From NCBI GenBank assembly GCA_051294375.1, contig CM119264.1, positions 12,792,813 through 12,856,812 of the forward strand: DNA of 64,000 bases. Reading direction: 5' to 3'. The notes under the pieces are model-generated. The model saw nothing but the letters and a program-made list of their open reading frames with translations, ran no database searches and had not been told where the DNA came from. Of this stretch, positions 63,362 to 64,000 are shown in pieces (within the stretch, counting starts at the first letter, position 1; every line of letters starts with the position of its first letter). This DNA is from Paraspadella gotoi (Eukaryota; Animalia; Chaetognatha). The position numbers were made by a program, and so were the translations under genes.

Positions 63362-63603
63362 GAGAGACAGAGGAGAGGGAGGAGGAGAGAGCAGAACTTA
63401 CTTTTGGATCGGCGCAGTTCAAGGCGTAGTAATTGCAAGACTTTCTTTGAGAGAAGAGAGAGAGAGCAAGGAGAGAGAGAGAGAGAGTGACGCGTTGGAT
63501 GTAAGAGGAAGAAGGAGAGACAGAAAAAGAGACAGAGGCTTAACGTCCGGAGGTGATGCCTGGAGAGAGAGGGAGGGAGAGAGGGAGGAGACGAGAGACT
63601 TAC

Positions 63604-63645
63604 TTTTGGATCGGCGCAGTTCAAGGCGTAGTATTGCAAGACTTT
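63604..63645 (-). CDS. Mhc: Myosin heavy chain 42-nt exon after the P-loop (cleanest of four copies)
   Basis: AG|KVLQYYALNCADPK|GTAAGT; near-copies at about 63239, 63402 and 63706. Confidence 0.7.
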
Positions 63646-63796
63646 CTTTGAGAGAGAGAGAGAGGGGAGAAGACAGAAGAAAGAGAGAGAGAGAGAGAGA
63701 CTTACTTTTGGATTCGGCGCAGTTCAAGGTGTAGTATTGCAAAGACTTTCTTTGAGAGAGGAGAGGAGAGGNNNNNNNNNNNNNNNNNNNNNNNNN

Positions 63797-63832
<36 letters not shown>

Positions 63833-63845
63833 GAAAGAGTGTTAC

Positions 63846-63953
63846 CTTGAAGAGACCATCCTTGTCCTCCTGCGTGAAACCCAAGATGTCGAAGGCTTCG
63901 TCCGTCGCTTGCATCTCAGCCTTGTCGTCCATCTTGTCGACCGTCAAGACTCC
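63846..63953 (-). CDS. Mhc: Myosin heavy chain exon, out-of-order clean duplicate
   Basis: [36 protein letters not shown] with intact splice sites; 63830-64000 repeats 62465-62633 across a gap. Confidence 0.7.
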
Positions 63954-64000
63954 CTGGATAGTGAAATAGTTGAAGTAGTTTCACTATATCCTATCAAATT

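Overview
Eukaryotic (invertebrate-like animal) genomic scaffold: AT-rich, GT-AG introns, many (GA)n/(TCAA)n/(TAAA)n microsatellites, N gaps and visibly error-rich stretches. No prokaryotic features. Five genes could be built by hand, and splice phases were checked wherever adjacent exons were recovered. (1) The first coding exon of a rhodopsin-class GPCR with a long Thr-rich N-terminus (minus, 8490-9143). (2) An 8-exon RING-H2 plus two Ig I-set domain protein (minus, 34780-38362). (3) A 2-exon CoA-dependent acyltransferase of the alcohol-acetyltransferase/condensation (HxxxDG) fold (plus, 40389-42450). (4) A coiled-coil protein gene (minus, 43958 to about 50636) whose upstream exon is split by a hAT transposon. 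(5) A class II muscle-type myosin heavy chain (minus, enters at the window end) that appears to stop about 200 residues into the rod, with no filament-forming LMM. Mobile DNA includes a decayed non-LTR retroelement, HINE/Helentron-type repeats, a 3.9 kb hAT with 20-bp TIRs and a TSD, a 2.9 kb Chapaev-like element with about 800-bp TIRs, a tRNA-SINE, and an odd 443-bp intronic element with TG..CA ends, a tRNA-like head and a tRNA-Trp-like PBS. About 14.7 kb (about 12290-27010) consists of inverted and tandem noisy copies of neighbouring sequence and is probably assembly redundancy. The best novelty candidates are the short-tailed myosin II, the RING-Ig protein and the 443-bp element. All assignments come from motif recognition by eye; no searches were run.
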